The notes beneath the pieces are model-generated. The model had not been told where the DNA came from. It was given only the letters and a program-made list of their open reading frames with translations, and did not search any database. Shown one piece after another: positions 60,520-64,000 of a stretch of DNA of 64,000 nt (position 1 is the first letter of the stretch; every line of letters starts with the position of its first letter). This DNA comes from Rickettsiales bacterium (lineage in GTDB: Bacteria > Pseudomonadota > Alphaproteobacteria > Rickettsiales > UBA8987). The DNA lies in assembly GCA_965222525.1 (NCBI GenBank), contig OZ244955.1, forward strand, positions 1,259,813 to 1,323,812, given 5' to 3'. The translations under genes and the position numbers were made by a program.

Positions 60520-61002
60520 ATGCCTATACAAAGCTATATAAAGGAAGTTGTATTAATCATCTTGTTCCTTATTACAATTCCGGCCTTTGCGGAGGAGGTG
60601 CAAAAAGCGCAGTTCCATGAAGTTATAATTAACACCGGAGACAAGGATAGCGGGGGGCAGAACTATGTGTTCAGGGTATATATGGCGATTACCAACGAGG
60701 AGAAAACCCGTGGGCTGATGAATCGAAAAATTCTGGCGGAAGACCGTGGTATGCTGTTCGATTATTTCAAAGAGCGGAATGTAGCTATCTGGATGAAGGA
60801 TACATATATCCCGCTTGATATATTATTTGTCAGGAACGATGGAACTATTGCTAAAATTGTCAAAAACGCTACCCCTTTATCTGAAAAAATTATCCCTTCA
60901 GGCGGCGCAGTGCGTGCTGTGCTGGAAATAAAAGGCGGTATCTGCGACAAGCTGGGCATAAAAGTTGGCCACAAGCTGGAACATGAAATTTTTGGGAAGT
61001 AA
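60520..61002 (+). CDS. DUF192 family protein
   Basis: GLMNR, GMLF, WMKDTYIPLDILF, VLEIKGG. Confidence 0.9.
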   Translation: MPIQSYIKEVVLIILFLITIPAFAEEVQKAQFHEVIINTGDKDSGGQNYVFRVYMAITNEEKTRGLMNRKILAEDRGMLFDYFKERNVAIWMKDTYIPLDILFVRNDGTIAKIVKNATPLSEKIIPSGGAVRAVLEIKGGICDKLGIKVGHKLEHEIFGK

Positions 61003-61027
61003 CATATTTTTTCATCCTGAACCTACC

Positions 61028-61849
61028 GTGAACCTCAAGACAATTGACAGAATTATAAAGACCGCACTGGAGGAGGATGTTGGTGATGGGGATATTACCT
61101 CGCAACTGACCATTCCTGAAGGTGCGGAAATGGAAGCGGTGTTTGTCACCCGTGAGGATATTGTGATGTGTGGAGTGCCTATATTATCACGGCTATTTGA
61201 GCAGCAGAATATCGACTTTGAGGTGTTTGTAAATGACGGTGAGTTTGTTGATACCGACGGTGACCTGGTAAAAATACATGGAAATGCAAGGGCGATACTT
61301 GCCTGTGAACGGGTAGCGCTTAATTTGCTACAAAGGATGTGCGGGATAGCCACTTTCACCCGTCGCTTTGTTAAGGCGGTTCAGCATACCAAAGCGCAGA
61401 TACTAGACACCAGAAAAACTGCACCTGGTCTGCGTGTTATCGAGAAATATGCGGTGAAAACAGGTGGCGGGCGCAACCACCGTATGCGGCTTGATGATGG
61501 TATTTTAATAAAGGATAACCATATAAAAATCGTTGGTAGTGTAACAGAGGCGGTCGTACTAGCTCGTAAAGGCAATCAGAGTCTGAAGATAGAGGTGGAG
61601 TGCGACACACTAACGCAGGTCGAGGAAGCGCTACATACAGGAGCAGATATATTACTGCTGGACAATATGACTACGGAGACTATGAGAAAAGCCGTAGAAC
61701 TGGTATCCGGCCGTGCGTCGCTGGAAGCATCAGGAGGTATAACCCTTGCAAACATAGCAGAAGTCGCAGAAACCGGCGTTGACTATATCTCCATCGGTGC
61801 ACTCACCCACTCCCCTCCCGCCGCCGATATCGGATTGGATATGTCTTAG
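61028..61849 (+). CDS. nadC: Quinolinate phosphoribosyltransferase (start uncertain)
   Basis: ALEED...GDITS, DTRKT, HR..L.D, IKDNH, LLDN, EASGG. Confidence 0.95.
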   Translation: MNLKTIDRIIKTALEEDVGDGDITSQLTIPEGAEMEAVFVTREDIVMCGVPILSRLFEQQNIDFEVFVNDGEFVDTDGDLVKIHGNARAILACERVALNLLQRMCGIATFTRRFVKAVQHTKAQILDTRKTAPGLRVIEKYAVKTGGGRNHRMRLDDGILIKDNHIKIVGSVTEAVVLARKGNQSLKIEVECDTLTQVEEALHTGADILLLDNMTTETMRKAVELVSGRASLEASGGITLANIAEVAETGVDYISIGALTHSPPAADIGLDMS

Positions 61850-62532
61850 TCCTCACCTCTGAGCATATATCCCTTGCCGCGGGCGGTGTGGATATATTGC
61901 GGGTTCTTCGGGTCAGGTTCAATACGCTTGCGAAGGCGGGTTATCTGAACATCTATCGAACGCTCCGACACACCATTAAGCTTGTCTGCAAGACGTTCAC
62001 GGGATACGGGATTATTAAGATTCTCTGCCAGTGCAGTAAGAAGATATGCTTCGCTGGAGCTCAAATGTATTGCCTGCCTGCTATTACTATAAAGACGGTG
62101 TTTCTCTATCTCAAACACGTAATCGCCAAAAAGGGCAACCTTCCGATTGCGGTTACGCTCAACCTTGGAGCGGGAAATAAGCTTCCTGATACGGATCGAC
62201 AGTTCGCGCGGATCAAACGGTTTGGTCATGTAGTCATCCGCACCTTTTTCAAGACCACGTATCCTGTCCTCCGTTTCCCCAAGAGCAGTGAGGATAAGTA
62301 TCGGTGCTTCGAAATCCTGACGCAAATCCTCGATAAGCTCAAGTCCGCTCTCACCAGGCATCATAAGGTCAACGATCAGCAGGTCAAACTTACTATGGGC
62401 AAGGCTCTGGCGTGCAACCTTTGCATCCTGTGCAGTAGACACCACAAACCCCTCGCCCTCAAGATACTTGCACAGCAACCCCCGCAAGCGATTATCATCA
62501 TCAATTACCAGTATCTTGTTATTCATTGGCAT
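61846..62532 (-). CDS. OmpR-family response regulator
   Basis: DDD, DLMMP, GADDY..KPF, RSIDVQITRLR, RGKGY. Confidence 0.93.
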   Translation of the reverse strand: MPMNNKILVIDDDNRLRGLLCKYLEGEGFVVSTAQDAKVARQSLAHSKFDLLIVDLMMPGESGLELIEDLRQDFEAPILILTALGETEDRIRGLEKGADDYMTKPFDPRELSIRIRKLISRSKVERNRNRKVALFGDYVFEIEKHRLYSNSRQAIHLSSSEAYLLTALAENLNNPVSRERLADKLNGVSERSIDVQITRLRKRIEPDPKNPQYIHTARGKGYMLRGED

Positions 62533-62664
62533 TAGGGGCTATACTATTACAATCATACTAATTTCTCCAGGTGTATTTGAAATGAACAAAGATGTATAAT
62601 TTGTTCGGTAATTATAATATTTATCCTACACAATTAGCAGGAAGTATACTAGATTCCCGCCGCT

Positions 62665-64000
62665 ATGGGTGATTTGGCCAGAATACGGAATTTTTCGATT
62701 ATTGCGCATATTGACCACGGTAAGTCTACGCTTGCCGACCGGCTGATTGAGTTCTGCGGTGGGCTGGAAAAGCGTGAAATGAAGGAGCAGTTGCTCGATA
62801 GCATGGATATTGAGCGTGAGCGCGGGATTACTATTAAGGCTCAATCGGTTAGTCTGAAATATAAGGCGCAGGACGGCGAGGAATACCACCTCAATCTTAT
62901 CGACACCCCCGGCCATGTCGATTTTTCATATGAGGTGAGCCGGTCGCTTTCGGCATGTGAGGGGTCGCTGCTGGTTGTGGATGCCAGTCAGGGGGTTGAG
63001 GCGCAGACTCTGGCAAATGTCTACCAGGCGATTGACAATGACCATGAAATTATCGTTGTGCTGAATAAAATCGACCTGCCGGCAGCCGAACCGGAGCGGG
63101 TTAAACAGCAAATAGAGGATGTTATAGGGATAGATGCAAGTGATGCATTGGAAATTTCCGCCAAAACCGGGCAGGGTATAAATAATGTGCTTGAAGCCAT
63201 AGTTGAGAAACTTCCCCCGCCGCAGGGGGAAAACAGCTCTCCGCTCAAGGCGCTGCTGGTTGATAGCTGGTATGATGCCTATCTCGGGGTGATTGTGCTG
63301 GTGCGGGTTATTGATGGTGAAATCCGCAAGAATATGAAAATCCGCATGATGCAGACCGACTCGCTTTATACCATTGATGATGTGGGGATTTTTACTCCCA
63401 AAAAAGTGAGTGTGGAGGCGCTTTCGGCGGGGGAAGTCGGTTATTTTATCGCTTCTATCAAGCGGGTGGCGGATTGCCGGGTCGGTGACACGATTACCGA
63501 GGATAAAAACCCCTGTGCGGAGGCTTTGCCGGGGTTTAAGCCAAGTTTGCCGGTGGTTTTCTGCGGGTTGTTTCCGGTTGATGCAGGGGATTTTGATGCG
63601 CTCAAGGATGCGATTGAAAAGCTTAACCTTAATGACGCCAGTTTTGAGTATGAGCAGGAAAGCTCGGCGGCGCTTGGACTTGGTTTCCGATGCGGGTTTC
63701 TGGGGCTTTTGCATCTGGAGATTATACAGGAGCGGCTGGAGCGAGAATTCAACCTTGATTTGATAACAACCGCTCCCAGCGTGGTTTACAAGCTGCATAT
63801 GAATGATGGTGAGATGGTAGAGTTGCATAATCCGGCCGATATGCCCGATCCGGTGAAGATAAACTTTATGGAAGAACCGTGGATTAAGGCTACTATCCTT
63901 GTTCCGGATGATTATATGGGTAATGTACTGGATTTATGTACGAAAAAGCGCGGGGTACAGCAGGAAATGACTTATGTCGGGGCACGGGCGATGCTGGTAT
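62665..64000 (+). CDS. lepA: Elongation factor 4 (partial; runs off window end)
   Basis: [49 protein letters not shown]. Confidence 0.96.
   Translation, partial: MGDLARIRNFSIIAHIDHGKSTLADRLIEFCGGLEKREMKEQLLDSMDIERERGITIKAQSVSLKYKAQDGEEYHLNLIDTPGHVDFSYEVSRSLSACEGSLLVVDASQGVEAQTLANVYQAIDNDHEIIVVLNKIDLPAAEPERVKQQIEDVIGIDASDALEISAKTGQGINNVLEAIVEKLPPPQGENSSPLKALLVDSWYDAYLGVIVLVRVIDGEIRKNMKIRMMQTDSLYTIDDVGIFTPKKVSVEALSAGEVGYFIASIKRVADCRVGDTITEDKNPCAEALPGFKPSLPVVFCGLFPVDAGDFDALKDAIEKLNLNDASFEYEQESSAALGLGFRCGFLGLLHLEIIQERLEREFNLDLITTAPSVVYKLHMNDGEMVELHNPADMPDPVKINFMEEPWIKATILVPDDYMGNVLDLCTKKRGVQQEMTYVGARAMLV

Noticed and set aside
62626-63828. Minus-strand ORFs of 96 and 300 aa
   Set aside because: Antisense shadows of lepA, which the track missed because it runs off the end.

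Overview
Alphaproteobacterial chromosome segment, probably a deep-branching flagellated Rickettsiales-like lineage (inferred from the Rickettsiales/archaeal-type ValRS, RPE-like palindromes and fliW). The first ~20.5 kb is accessory and holds two related integrative, satellite-like elements in tandem, separated by a 3' fragment of tRNA-Arg(CCG) at 15159-15203 (att site). Element A (<1-15203) keeps its integrase, excisionase, primase-helicase, iteron-like ori, ParB-methylase, AlkB and a Cys-rich phage protein. Element B (from 15204) has lost ~8.7 kb of that core. Both carry the same promoter, covarying structured leader RNA (C4/ash-like) and small membrane gene. Directly left of that leader, each has a different divergently transcribed cargo. 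In A it is a C5 methyltransferase, a MIG-type T:G glycosylase and a coupled operon (small protein, wHTH, GHKL/MORC-like ATPase, tandem RNAP alpha-CTD + sigma4 protein). In B it is a three-gene wHTH/wHTH/wHTH-HEPN operon. These two cargoes are the best candidates for undescribed anti-phage systems. The remaining ~43.5 kb is mostly housekeeping and flagellar genes (fliI, aroA, folC, ribB, prfA, dsbD, hisN, ogt, flgI-flgK-flgL-fliW, ccmD, valS, ahpC, trxB, nadC, lepA) plus three type II TA modules. It contains at least five families of palindromic repeats, one inserted in frame inside valS. All family calls come from motif recognition by eye; no searches were run.
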